64,000 nt of DNA from Vicinamibacterales bacterium (lineage in GTDB: Bacteria > Acidobacteriota > Vicinamibacteria > Vicinamibacterales > UBA8438). The notes under the pieces are model-generated. The model had not been told where the DNA came from, did no database searches, and was given only the letters and a program-made list of their open reading frames with translations. The position numbers were made by a program, and so were the translations under genes. The stretch lies in assembly GCA_965262555.1 (NCBI GenBank), contig OZ253543.1, forward strand, positions 1,627,997-1,691,996, read 5' to 3'. Of this stretch, positions 52,596 through 61,735 are shown piece by piece. How positions within the stretch are numbered: the first letter of the stretch is position 1; each line of letters begins with the position of its first letter.

Positions 52596-53600
52596 ATGAG
52601 ACGTACTCTTTCGATCGCGGCGGCGGCGCTGGCCGTGCTGGCGCTTGCGGCCGGCACGGCGGCGGCCCAGAGCGGGGACGGGTCGTGGACGGCGCCGCGG
52701 ACGCCGTTCGGGCATCCTGACCTGCAAGGGGTCTGGGCGAACAACAACGTCACACCGCTCCAGCGGCCGGAGGTGCTGGGTGACCGCGAGATGCTGACCG
52801 ACGAGGAGCTGGCGGCGATCCGGTCACGAGCCGAGGAGCTGTTCTCGCTCGACGGCGGCGATGCCGCGTTCGGCGACACGGTCTTCACGGAGGCGCTGAA
52901 CCAAGTGGAGAACTTCACGTCGCGCGACCGCGCCACCGGGAACTACAACCAGTTCTGGATGGTGGAACGCGACTGGGACAACCGCACGTCGCTCATCACC
53001 GACCCGCCGACCGGCCGGCTGCCGGAAACGACGCAGGCGGCCAGGATGCGCGCCGCCGATCGCTCGATGCGGCGCGGCCGGCACGCCGAGTGGACAACGG
53101 ATCGGAGCCTGGGCGAGCGGTGCGTCAGCTTCGGAGCGCCGCGTCTCGGGGCCGGCTACAACAGCTACTACCAGCTCTTCCAGACGCCGGACCATGTAGT
53201 CATCCTGATGGAAATGGCGCACGACGCGCGCATCGTCCCGCTCGACGGTCGGCCCCACGTCGGCGATGACATCCAGCAGTGGCTGGGTGACTCGCGCGGC
53301 TACTGGGATGGCGACACGCTCGTGGTCGAGACGCGCAACTACTCGCCGCTCGCCAACTTCATGGGCGCCGCCGAACACCTTGAAGTGACCGAGCGCTTCA
53401 CACGGGTCAGCGAGGATGTGCTGCACTATGAGGTGACGGTCAACGACCCGACCACCTGGGTACGCCCCTGGACCGCCCTGATCCCGCTGCGCAGCAGTCC
53501 CGACGCGCTGTACGAGTACGCCTGCCACGAGGGCAATATCGGCATGGAAGGCATCCTGGGCGGCGCGCGTACCAAGGAAGCTGAGGAGGCGGCCCGCTGA
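52596..53600 (+). CDS. Secreted hypothetical protein, EYACHEGN family paralog 2
   Basis: Signal peptide; same motif series, with YNQFW, ERC, EYACHEGNIGMEGILGGAR; AGAGGAGG RBS. Confidence 0.85.
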   Translation: MRRTLSIAAAALAVLALAAGTAAAQSGDGSWTAPRTPFGHPDLQGVWANNNVTPLQRPEVLGDREMLTDEELAAIRSRAEELFSLDGGDAAFGDTVFTEALNQVENFTSRDRATGNYNQFWMVERDWDNRTSLITDPPTGRLPETTQAARMRAADRSMRRGRHAEWTTDRSLGERCVSFGAPRLGAGYNSYYQLFQTPDHVVILMEMAHDARIVPLDGRPHVGDDIQQWLGDSRGYWDGDTLVVETRNYSPLANFMGAAEHLEVTERFTRVSEDVLHYEVTVNDPTTWVRPWTALIPLRSSPDALYEYACHEGNIGMEGILGGARTKEAEEAAR

Positions 53601-53660
53601 GGCGCCACTGACATCTTGAGCGACGTGATGACGGCCGCAGGTCGGCCGAGGAGGTTGACA

Positions 53661-54662
53661 ATGAGGATGTTGCATTCCCGATGGCTCTGCCTCGCGCTTG
53701 CCCTGCTCTTCGCGCCGGCCCTCGCCGCTGCGCAGTCTTCCGGCAACTGGTCGCCGCCACGCACGGCCGACGGCCACCCGGATATCCAGGGGATCTGGGG
53801 AAACAACAGCGTGACGCCGCTCGAACGGCCCGAGTCGCTGACCGACCGCGAGGCGCTGACGGATGAGGAGCTGGCGCGGGTCGAGGCGACCGCGAACGAG
53901 CTGTTCGCCCAGGACGCGGGAGACGCGGTCTTCGGCGATCAGTTCTTCAACGTGGCGGTGAGCGGCGCCGAGAGCTTCACGTCGACCGATGGCGGCACCG
54001 GCAACTACAACCAGTTCTGGCTGGTGGAACGGGAGTTCGACAACCGGACGTCGCTGATCGTCGATCCGCCGAACGGACGGCTGCCAGCAATGACCCACGC
54101 GGGGGCGCTGGCGACCGATACCGCGCGCGCGCGCCGCGACGTCCCCGCCGCCTGGACCGCCGACCGCGGCCTGAGCGAGCGGTGCATCACGTTCGGCCTG
54201 CCGAACCTGCTGGCCGGCTACAACAGCTACTACCAGATCCTTCAGAACGCCGACCATGTGATCATCGAGCAGGAGCTGATCCACACCACCCGGATCATTC
54301 CGATCGACAATCGCACCCACGTGCACGACAACATCCGGCAGTGGCACGGCAACTCGGTGGGCCGCTGGGAGGGAGACACCCTGGTGGTCGAGACGAAGAA
54401 CTTCTCGCCCCAGAGCGACTTCCGCGGCGCGAGGGAGCACCTGCACCTGACCGAACGGTTCACCCGCGTCGGACCGGACGAGTTGCGTTACGAGTTCACC
54501 GTCAACGACCCGACCGTCTGGACGGCGCCCTGGACCGCCGTCATGAACTGGACACGGACCGACGAACTGATCTTCGAGTACGCCTGTCACGAAGGGAACA
54601 TCGGCATGGAGGGCATCCTCGCCGGCGCGCGGGCCGAGGAGGCGGAGGCCGGCGCCCGGTAG
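53661..54662 (+). CDS. Secreted hypothetical protein, EYACHEGN family paralog 3
   Basis: GGAGG RBS then signal peptide; YNQFW, ERC, EYACHEGNIGMEGILAGAR. Confidence 0.85.
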   Translation: MRMLHSRWLCLALALLFAPALAAAQSSGNWSPPRTADGHPDIQGIWGNNSVTPLERPESLTDREALTDEELARVEATANELFAQDAGDAVFGDQFFNVAVSGAESFTSTDGGTGNYNQFWLVEREFDNRTSLIVDPPNGRLPAMTHAGALATDTARARRDVPAAWTADRGLSERCITFGLPNLLAGYNSYYQILQNADHVIIEQELIHTTRIIPIDNRTHVHDNIRQWHGNSVGRWEGDTLVVETKNFSPQSDFRGAREHLHLTERFTRVGPDELRYEFTVNDPTVWTAPWTAVMNWTRTDELIFEYACHEGNIGMEGILAGARAEEAEAGAR

Positions 54663-54699
54663 CCGGACCGCGGACGCCACAACCCGCCAGGAGGCCACG

Positions 54700-55698
54700 A
54701 TGCGTCAACCGATCGCGCGTCTCGTGCTGCTGCTGCTGACGATCGCAGCGCTGCTGCTGTCCACGGGCGCACCGCTGCTGGCGCAGTCGTCCGGCAGCGG
54801 CGAGTACGTCGTACCCCGCACAGCGTGGGACGTGCCCGACTTCCAGGGCATCTGGACGAACGCCACGCTGACGCCGATCGAGCGGCCGGAGTCGATGAGT
54901 GGGCAGGTGCTGAGCGAGGAGGCGGCAGCGGCGTTCGAGGCGCGCTCCGCCGAGGCGCGGGCCGCCTCCGACACGTTCATTCCGGGCGAGGTCGGCGCCT
55001 ACAACCAGTTCTGGATGGACGGCGGCAAGGTGGTGACGGGCGACCGGCGAACCGCGCTCATCACTGACCCGCCCGACGGCCGGATCCCGTGGACACCGGA
55101 GGGACACGCACGGTTGGAGTCGGACTCCGGGCGGTACGGCGTCGGGCCGTTCAACGACTGGACCGACGCCGACACCGGCGAGCGGTGCCTCACGGACGGT
55201 CTGCCCTTCGTCCCCCTGCAGGGCTACAACATGAACTACCACATCCTGCAGGCGCCGGGCTGGATCGCGATGATGAACGAGATGTTCCACGAGTACCGGC
55301 TCATCCCGACCGACGGACGGCCGCACGTGCCGGCGCATGTCGGCCAGTGGCTGGGCGATGCCCGCGGCCGCTGGGAGGGAGACACGCTGGTGGTAGAGAC
55401 GACCGCCTTCGCCGACAAGGAACACTACCTCTGGCGGGCCACGTGGCGCGCGGCGCGGCCGACGCTTCACCTGGTCGAGCGGTTCACGCGGGTGGATGAG
55501 ACGACGATCAACTACGAATTCACAATGACCGACCCGGAGATGTTTACCCGCCCCTGGACGGCACTGGTCCCGATGACCACCGACCATGCCTCGCGCGGCG
55601 TCACCTCCGGACCGATGTTCGAGTACGCCTGCCACGAGGGGAACTACGGCCTGCTGAACATCCTGCGCGGCGCCCGCGCAGAGGAGTCCGGGCAGTAG
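54700..55698 (+). CDS. Secreted hypothetical protein, EYACHEGN family paralog 4
   Basis: AGGAGG RBS, signal peptide; YNQFW, ERC, EMFH, EYACHEGNYGL. Confidence 0.85.
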   Translation: MRQPIARLVLLLLTIAALLLSTGAPLLAQSSGSGEYVVPRTAWDVPDFQGIWTNATLTPIERPESMSGQVLSEEAAAAFEARSAEARAASDTFIPGEVGAYNQFWMDGGKVVTGDRRTALITDPPDGRIPWTPEGHARLESDSGRYGVGPFNDWTDADTGERCLTDGLPFVPLQGYNMNYHILQAPGWIAMMNEMFHEYRLIPTDGRPHVPAHVGQWLGDARGRWEGDTLVVETTAFADKEHYLWRATWRAARPTLHLVERFTRVDETTINYEFTMTDPEMFTRPWTALVPMTTDHASRGVTSGPMFEYACHEGNYGLLNILRGARAEESGQ

Positions 55699-55726
55699 CG
55701 ACGCTCGTCCCGGACACGTGCGGCGG

Positions 55727-55765
55727 ACGGCCCGCCTCAACTACGCTGGGGCGGGTCGTTTTTTT
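55727..55765 (+). terminator. Rho-independent terminator closing the four-paralog operon
   Basis: Stem ACGGCCCGCCTCA / TGGGGCGGGTCGT (with G-U pairs), 7-nt loop, followed by a T run. Confidence 0.8.
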
Positions 55766-55796
55766 GACGACACCACAACGGGAAGGACACGGAACA

Positions 55797-56249
55797 ATGC
55801 GGAGCTGGTTGCCATTCGTGGTCATGACGGTGCTAGCCTGGGGCACCTACATTCCGACGCTCCACCGCGGCACGACGGCGTTGGGCGGCAGCGGGATTCA
55901 CGCCTTCCTGATGGTGGGGATCGCCTACCTCCTGGTCGCGATCGCCGTGCCTGGCGTCATGGTGCTGCGCGGAGGGTCGTGGAGCACGTTCACGCCGAAC
56001 GGCATGGCCTTCACGCTGGCGGCCGGTGTCCTGGGCGCGGTTGGCGCGCTGGGCATCGTCCTGGCGCTGGTGAACGGGGGGCGGCCCAACGTCGTGCCGC
56101 CACTCGTGTTCGCCGGCGCGCCAGTGGTGAGCGTCTTCGTTGCGATGCTCTACAACCCCCCGCAACAGAGTCCGTCGCCCGCCTTCTTCGTCGGCATCCT
56201 GATGGCCGCCGCCGGCGCCTTCCTCGTCCTCGCCTACCGCCCGCACTAG
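55797..56249 (+). CDS. Small 5-TM membrane protein (EamA/DMT half-transporter-like)
   Basis: About five hydrophobic helices; WG.Y motif in TM1; V.PLVF..APVV. Confidence 0.6.
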   Translation: MRSWLPFVVMTVLAWGTYIPTLHRGTTALGGSGIHAFLMVGIAYLLVAIAVPGVMVLRGGSWSTFTPNGMAFTLAAGVLGAVGALGIVLALVNGGRPNVVPPLVFAGAPVVSVFVAMLYNPPQQSPSPAFFVGILMAAAGAFLVLAYRPH

Positions 56250-56295
56250 TCCGGATGCGCCGACGCCCCCGTTCGCGCCCGGCGGAACAGGTGCC

Positions 56296-57714
56296 GTGAT
56301 GCCGATCATCTCCCGCCGCACGCTCCTGCAGTCTCTGGCCGCCCCAGCCGTCCTCCCCCGCGCCGGGTTCACCCAACCGCCGGGGCCGGCCGCCGCCATC
56401 GTCCACCGCCAGCCCCGTCCCCTCGCCCCCGAGGCCGTGACCCACGACTGGCCGTCGTTTCTCGGCCCGACCCACAACGGCGTCTCCACCGAGACGCGCC
56501 TCAGCCGCGACCTCCCCCCACCTCTCGTCTGGGAGCTCCCGACGGGCACCGGCTACGCATCACCCGCCATCGCGGGCGACCGCCTCGTCTATCTCCACCG
56601 GATTGCGGACGAGGAGGTGGTCGAGTGCCTGCACCCGGAGACCGGCGCCGTCCACTGGCGGTTCCGCTACGCGACCGCCTACCGGGACCGCTACGGCTAC
56701 AACAATGGCCCGCGCGCCAGCCCGGTCATTGATGCTGCGGCCGGACTGGTCTGCACCATCGGCGCGGAGGGCCTGATCCATGCGATCGAACTCGGCTCCG
56801 GCCGCCTCGCGTGGCGGAAGGATGTGCGCGCCGACTACCGTGTGTCCCAGGACTTCTTCGGCACCGCATCGACGCCGCTCGTGGACGACGGCCGCCTGAT
56901 CGTGAACGTCGGCGCGCCGGGCGGCCCGACCGTCGCGGCGTTCGACCTGGCGACCGGCGGCGAGGTCTGGCGCGCCGGCAACGAGTGGGGGCCCAGTTAT
57001 GCCTCACCCGTCCCGGCCGTCGTGCATGGCGAACGCCGCGTCTTCGTCTTCGCCGGGGGTGAGTCGCAGCCACCCGCCGGCGGGCTACTGTCGATCGATC
57101 CGGCGACGGGCGGAATCGACTTCGCCTTTCCCTGGCGCAGCCGCACCTACGAATCGGTCAACGCCGCCTGCCCCGTCGCGTTCGACAACCGGGTGTTCAT
57201 CACCGCCAGCTACCGGGCCGGCGGTGCGCTGATCGACATCGGCCCCAACTTCACGCCCGACGTCGCCTGGACGACGCAGGAGTTCGCGCTCCACTACAAC
57301 ACGCCGATCTACCACGACGGCTACCTCTACGGCTTCGACGGCCGGAACATGGGCGACGCTTCGCTCGCGTGCGTCGATGCGGCAACCGGCGACGTCGTCT
57401 GGCGCGATGTGCCGGAGTGGCGGGAGACGCTGATCCAGAACAACCGGGAACGACAGGTGTTGACGGGCACGGCCCGCGGATCGCTGTTGGCTGCCGACGG
57501 GCAGTTCCTCTGCCTGGGCGAGTTGGGCCACCTGCTCTGGATGGACCTGACGCCCGGCGGCTACCGTGAGGTGTCGCGCGCCTGGCTGTTCGCTGCGCGC
57601 GAAAGCTGGAATCTGCCGGTCCTCTCGCGCGGCCTGCTCTACGTCACGCAGAACGCCAGCGATCTTCTGACCGGCGGGAGCCCCAGGCTCTGCTGCTACG
57701 ACCTGCGCGCGTAG
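56296..57714 (+). CDS. Tat-exported PQQ-binding-like beta-propeller protein
   Basis: SRRTLL twin-arginine motif; DWPSFLGP, GYASP, GPRASP, ASTP, SYASP repeats. Confidence 0.85.
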   Translation: MMPIISRRTLLQSLAAPAVLPRAGFTQPPGPAAAIVHRQPRPLAPEAVTHDWPSFLGPTHNGVSTETRLSRDLPPPLVWELPTGTGYASPAIAGDRLVYLHRIADEEVVECLHPETGAVHWRFRYATAYRDRYGYNNGPRASPVIDAAAGLVCTIGAEGLIHAIELGSGRLAWRKDVRADYRVSQDFFGTASTPLVDDGRLIVNVGAPGGPTVAAFDLATGGEVWRAGNEWGPSYASPVPAVVHGERRVFVFAGGESQPPAGGLLSIDPATGGIDFAFPWRSRTYESVNAACPVAFDNRVFITASYRAGGALIDIGPNFTPDVAWTTQEFALHYNTPIYHDGYLYGFDGRNMGDASLACVDAATGDVVWRDVPEWRETLIQNNRERQVLTGTARGSLLAADGQFLCLGELGHLLWMDLTPGGYREVSRAWLFAARESWNLPVLSRGLLYVTQNASDLLTGGSPRLCCYDLRA

Positions 57715-57773
57715 ACGATTGCGCCGGCAGTTCGGCCGGCAGCGTGGTGGAATGAGGCCGACAGCCGCATCCG

Positions 57774-58814
57774 TTACGCGATCCCGGCCCCACGCACCCC
57801 GACGAACACGGAGTACAGCGACTGACTCGCCGTCATGAACAGCCGATTCCGGCGGGTCCCCCCGAAGCAGACGTTCGCACAGCGCTCCGGTAGGCGAATC
57901 ATGCCAATCTGCTCGCCCTCGGCTGAGAGCACCTGCACGCCCGGCGTCGCCCCGGCCCAGATGTTTCCGTCAACGTCGCACCGCATGCCGTCCGCAACCG
58001 CGCGTCCGGCCGTGCCCGGCACGGAGAGATCCCCGAAGCTGCGGCCGTTCGTCAGCCGCTCGCCGTCGACGTCCCACACCTTCATCTCGCCGTTTCCGGT
58101 GTCGGCAACGTACAGCCGGTCGTAGTTCGGCGAGAAGCAGAGGCCGTTGGGTGCACCTACCTCGTCGGTCGCCTTCGTGATGGCGCCCGTCACGCCGTCC
58201 ACGCGGTACACCGCGTTCGCCAGCTCCGCCTCACCGCGGAACCCCTCGTAGCTGCCCCGGAGGCCGTACGGAGGATCCGTAAACCAGATGCTCCCGTCCG
58301 AATGCACCGAGAGGTCGTTCGGCGAACTCAGCCGCTTGCCGTCGTACGAGTCGGCGACCACGGTCACGGCGCCGGAGTGCTCGTAGCGCACGACCTGCCG
58401 CCCACCATGCTGGCACGAGAGTTGCCGGCCCTCATGATCGAACGTGTTGCCATTGCTGTGGTTCGACGGGTTCCGGAAGACGGTGACATGGCCGTCCTCC
58501 TCGATGAAGCGCATCTGCCGGTTGTTCGGGATGTCGCTCCAGACAAGGTACCGCCCGCTCCCGTTCCACGCCGGCCCCTCGGCCCAAAGCGTCCCGGTGT
58601 AGTGCCGACGGATCGGCGTGTTGAAGATGATGTAGCGCCGGAACCGATCATCGAGCGCGATGATGTCCGGATCGGGGTACGGCAGCGGCGAGTTGCCCGA
58701 CCAGTCGCGCGGCTCGTAGGGAGAAATCTGCTGCTGCTGCGCCGCCGCGACCGGCGCCAGCGCCGCCGATCCGACCGTCGCGTGCAGGAACGACCGTCGT
58801 GTGATGTTGGCCAT
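57774..58814 (-). CDS. Tat-exported SMP-30/gluconolactonase family protein
   Basis: TRRSFL twin-arginine motif; AEGP.W, SDIP, SNGNTFD, SPND, FTDP.YG, PNGLCFSP, DGMRCD..GN. Confidence 0.92.
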   Translation of the reverse strand: MANITRRSFLHATVGSAALAPVAAAQQQQISPYEPRDWSGNSPLPYPDPDIIALDDRFRRYIIFNTPIRRHYTGTLWAEGPAWNGSGRYLVWSDIPNNRQMRFIEEDGHVTVFRNPSNHSNGNTFDHEGRQLSCQHGGRQVVRYEHSGAVTVVADSYDGKRLSSPNDLSVHSDGSIWFTDPPYGLRGSYEGFRGEAELANAVYRVDGVTGAITKATDEVGAPNGLCFSPNYDRLYVADTGNGEMKVWDVDGERLTNGRSFGDLSVPGTAGRAVADGMRCDVDGNIWAGATPGVQVLSAEGEQIGMIRLPERCANVCFGGTRRNRLFMTASQSLYSVFVGVRGAGIA

Positions 58815-58819
58815 GGGTC

Positions 58820-59821
58820 TCACCGATCGGCGTCGACGCGCTGCGTGTCCTTGTTCCGCGCGCCCGCCAGGATGCCCTCCATTCCGATGTTCCCCTCGTG
58901 GCAGGCGTACTCGAAGAGCGGCCCGTCCGTCCGGCGGAGCGGGACCATAGCGGTCCAGGAACTGGCGTAGGTGTTGGGATCCTCGACTGTGAACTCGTAC
59001 ATCAGCGTGTCGGAGTCGACCCGGCGGAAGCGCTCGACGACCCGCGTGTCCTTCGTCGATCCGCGCAGGCTGGTCTCCTGCACGAAGTTCCAGGTCTCGA
59101 CGACGAACGTCTCGCCTTCCCAGCGGCCATGCGATTCGCCGGACCACTGGCGCAGCCCGTGACGCGACCGGCCGTCGAGCGGAATGACGCGCGCGTTGTG
59201 CACCATCTCGTTCAGGATGACGACATACCCGGGCGTCTGCAGGATCTGGACGTTGTTGTTGTACGACCCGGGCGTCATCGGCGGACCGGCGTTGAAGCCG
59301 AGCATGCAGCGGTCCGACAGGCTCCGGTCGGTGTAGTGATCCGCAAAGCCGTTCCGCAGATTCAGCCGGCGGATCCGCGCCTGCTCCGGGTAGTGCGACT
59401 GGTACGGGATACGGCCCGCGGGCGGATCCACCACGAGCGACGTCCGCTTGTCGCCGGTCAGCTCGATGCCCCGCTCGTACCAGAACTCGTTGTAGGAGAG
59501 CACACCTCCCTCGGCGCGCGACTGGTAGCCGGCGTTCGGGGCCCCGGTCTCCGGATCGAACAGGTCACGGTTCAGTCGGATCCGTTCCGACGCCTCGAAC
59601 TGCGCCGCCTCCTCAGGGTCCAGCGTGTCCTGTCCTTCGAACGCCGCCGGCCGCTCGAGCGGCGTCAGGGTCCGGAAGGTGAAGACCCCGGAGATGTCCG
59701 GTTGCCCGTCCGGCGTCCGCACCACGTCGTTCCCGCCGTTCGACTGTGCTCCTGCCGGCAGCGGCGTGAACGCCCCCACCGCCAGGGCCAGCGCCAGTAG
59801 CGCCGTTCGCTTCATCGCCAT
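58820..59821 (-). CDS. Secreted hypothetical protein, EYACHEGN family paralog 5
   Basis: Signal peptide; RTPDGQPDISG, TPLERP, YNEFW, DRC, EMVH, WEGETFVVET.NF, EYACHEGNIGMEGILAGAR. Confidence 0.85.
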   Translation of the reverse strand: MAMKRTALLALALAVGAFTPLPAGAQSNGGNDVVRTPDGQPDISGVFTFRTLTPLERPAAFEGQDTLDPEEAAQFEASERIRLNRDLFDPETGAPNAGYQSRAEGGVLSYNEFWYERGIELTGDKRTSLVVDPPAGRIPYQSHYPEQARIRRLNLRNGFADHYTDRSLSDRCMLGFNAGPPMTPGSYNNNVQILQTPGYVVILNEMVHNARVIPLDGRSRHGLRQWSGESHGRWEGETFVVETWNFVQETSLRGSTKDTRVVERFRRVDSDTLMYEFTVEDPNTYASSWTAMVPLRRTDGPLFEYACHEGNIGMEGILAGARNKDTQRVDADR

Positions 59822-59922
59822 CGGATCTGCCTCCCGCGGGACTCGCCCGGAAACGCCCCATCCTACCACGCTCCACCGCCGTCACTCCGACCCAACAACG
59901 GCGACACGCGTAGACTGGGAGC

Positions 59923-61731
59923 GTGACGCTGGTCCGCTGGACTGCCGCCTGGCTCGCGCCGTACCGGGGGCGCGTGGGGCTGATTCTGCTCCTCTCGGTC
60001 GTCGAGATCGGCCTGACGGCGCTGGCGCCATGGGCGCTGAAGCTGATCGTCGACTCGGTGCTGGGAGAGGCGGAGCTGCCGGCCCCGGTGCTCGCGGTGG
60101 CGCCGGCACTACGCGGCCTGGGCGACGTCATGCTGCTCGTACTGTGTGCCACCGCCGGCCTGGCGATGCAGGTGGGCTCCGAGGTGGTCCGGCTGACCCA
60201 TACGCAGCTCGAGGTGGAGATGGGACAGCGCGTCGTCCATGACCTTCGCACGCGGCTACTGGACCACCTGCAGGCACTGCCCCTCGGCCATCACCTGACG
60301 CACCGGACGGCGGATGCGGTGTACCGGCTTGATGCCGACACCTACTGCATCAACGACCTGGTGACCGGCGGGGCGTTTCCCATCGCGCTCGCCGGCCTGC
60401 ACCTGACGGTGATGTTCGGGGTGCTGCTCGCCGTGGATCCCACGCTCGCGCTGCTGGCCCTCGGCGTGGCGCCGTTCCTTTACCTGTCGCTCCGGTACCA
60501 CGCGACGACGCTGATCGACCGGGCCGAGCGGGTGAAGACGCAGGAGGCGGGCCTGGTGGAGCGTGCGTACGAAACGCTCCGGTCGATCGCGGCGGTGAAG
60601 AGCTTCGCGCGGGAACGGCACGAGCTGCGCCGCTACGCCGATGCCGGATACGAGACGATGCAGGCGCGGGTCCGCCTCACGTGGCAGGAGTCGCTCTTCT
60701 CACTGGCCGTCACGGCGATCACGCTGGCAGGGACAACGGTCATCCTGGTGGTGGGCGGCCTGCATGTGCTCGACGGCACGTTGACCGTCGGAACGCTGTT
60801 GGTGGTGATCGCCTACCTCGCGGCGGTCTACGACCCGGTGAGCGCGATCGCGCACACGGTCGGATCGCTGCAGTCGGCGGTGGTGAGCGCGCGGCGCGTG
60901 CGTCATCTCTTCGCGCTGCGGCCAGAGATGGCGGACGCGCCGGACGCCCTCGATGCATCGGACATCACCGGCGCGATCCGTTTCGAGGGTGTCGGCTTCT
61001 CCTACGACGGCGAGCGTCAGGTGCTCGACGGCGTGAGCCTCGAGGCGGGTCCGGACGAACTGGTCGCCATCGTCGGACCGACCGGCGCGGGCAAGACGAC
61101 GCTGGTGCATCTGATCCCGCGCCTGTTCGACCCAACGGCGGGGCGGGTGCGCGTCGACGGCCGCGACGTCTCCGCGTACCGGTTGCGATCGCTGCGGGCA
61201 CGGATCGCACTGGCGCCGCAGGATCCGGTGTTGTTCGCGGGGACCATCGCCGACAACATCAGGTACGGACGGCTCGACGCGACCGACGCGGAGGTAGCGG
61301 CGGCGGCGCGCGCGGCGCAACTCGATTCGTTCATTGGCGGTCTGGCCGCGGGATACGACACCCCGGTGGACGAGGCAGGCGCGACGTTCTCCGGCGGCGA
61401 GCGGCAGCGGCTCGGCATTGCGCGAGCGCTGGTGAAGGAGGCGCCCATCCTGATCCTGGACGAGCCGACGTCAGCCATCGATGCGATTACGGAGGCGGCG
61501 CTGTTCGAGGCGATCCGAGGAAGCCGCGCCGGGCGAACCACGATCGTGATCGCGCACCGGCTGGCGACGGTGCGTGACGCGACGCGGATCCTGGTGCTGG
61601 ACGGCGGGCGCATTGCCGCGATCGGGACGCACGCAGCACTGCTGGACTCCAGCCCGCTGTACCGGCGGATGTGGGAGCGGTTCTCGCCGTCCCGGGGTGC
61701 GCAGGCGTTCGCGCCGGCGCTGGAGCGGTGA
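59923..61731 (+). CDS. ABC exporter, fused permease/ATPase (MsbA-like type IV)
   Basis: N-terminal TM domain; GPTGAGKT, FSGGERQR, ILDEPTS, IAHRL. Confidence 0.93.
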   Translation: MTLVRWTAAWLAPYRGRVGLILLLSVVEIGLTALAPWALKLIVDSVLGEAELPAPVLAVAPALRGLGDVMLLVLCATAGLAMQVGSEVVRLTHTQLEVEMGQRVVHDLRTRLLDHLQALPLGHHLTHRTADAVYRLDADTYCINDLVTGGAFPIALAGLHLTVMFGVLLAVDPTLALLALGVAPFLYLSLRYHATTLIDRAERVKTQEAGLVERAYETLRSIAAVKSFARERHELRRYADAGYETMQARVRLTWQESLFSLAVTAITLAGTTVILVVGGLHVLDGTLTVGTLLVVIAYLAAVYDPVSAIAHTVGSLQSAVVSARRVRHLFALRPEMADAPDALDASDITGAIRFEGVGFSYDGERQVLDGVSLEAGPDELVAIVGPTGAGKTTLVHLIPRLFDPTAGRVRVDGRDVSAYRLRSLRARIALAPQDPVLFAGTIADNIRYGRLDATDAEVAAAARAAQLDSFIGGLAAGYDTPVDEAGATFSGGERQRLGIARALVKEAPILILDEPTSAIDAITEAALFEAIRGSRAGRTTIVIAHRLATVRDATRILVLDGGRIAAIGTHAALLDSSPLYRRMWERFSPSRGAQAFAPALER

Positions 61732-61735
61732 CGCC

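Noticed and set aside
52470-58920. Recurring DNA segments (GAGTACGCCTGYCACGARGG and ACAACCAGTTCTGG) as CRISPR repeats or DGR template/variable repeats
   Set aside because: They are in-frame conserved codons of paralogous proteins about 1 kb apart, differing at synonymous sites rather than only at adenines; no cas or reverse transcriptase gene is in the window.
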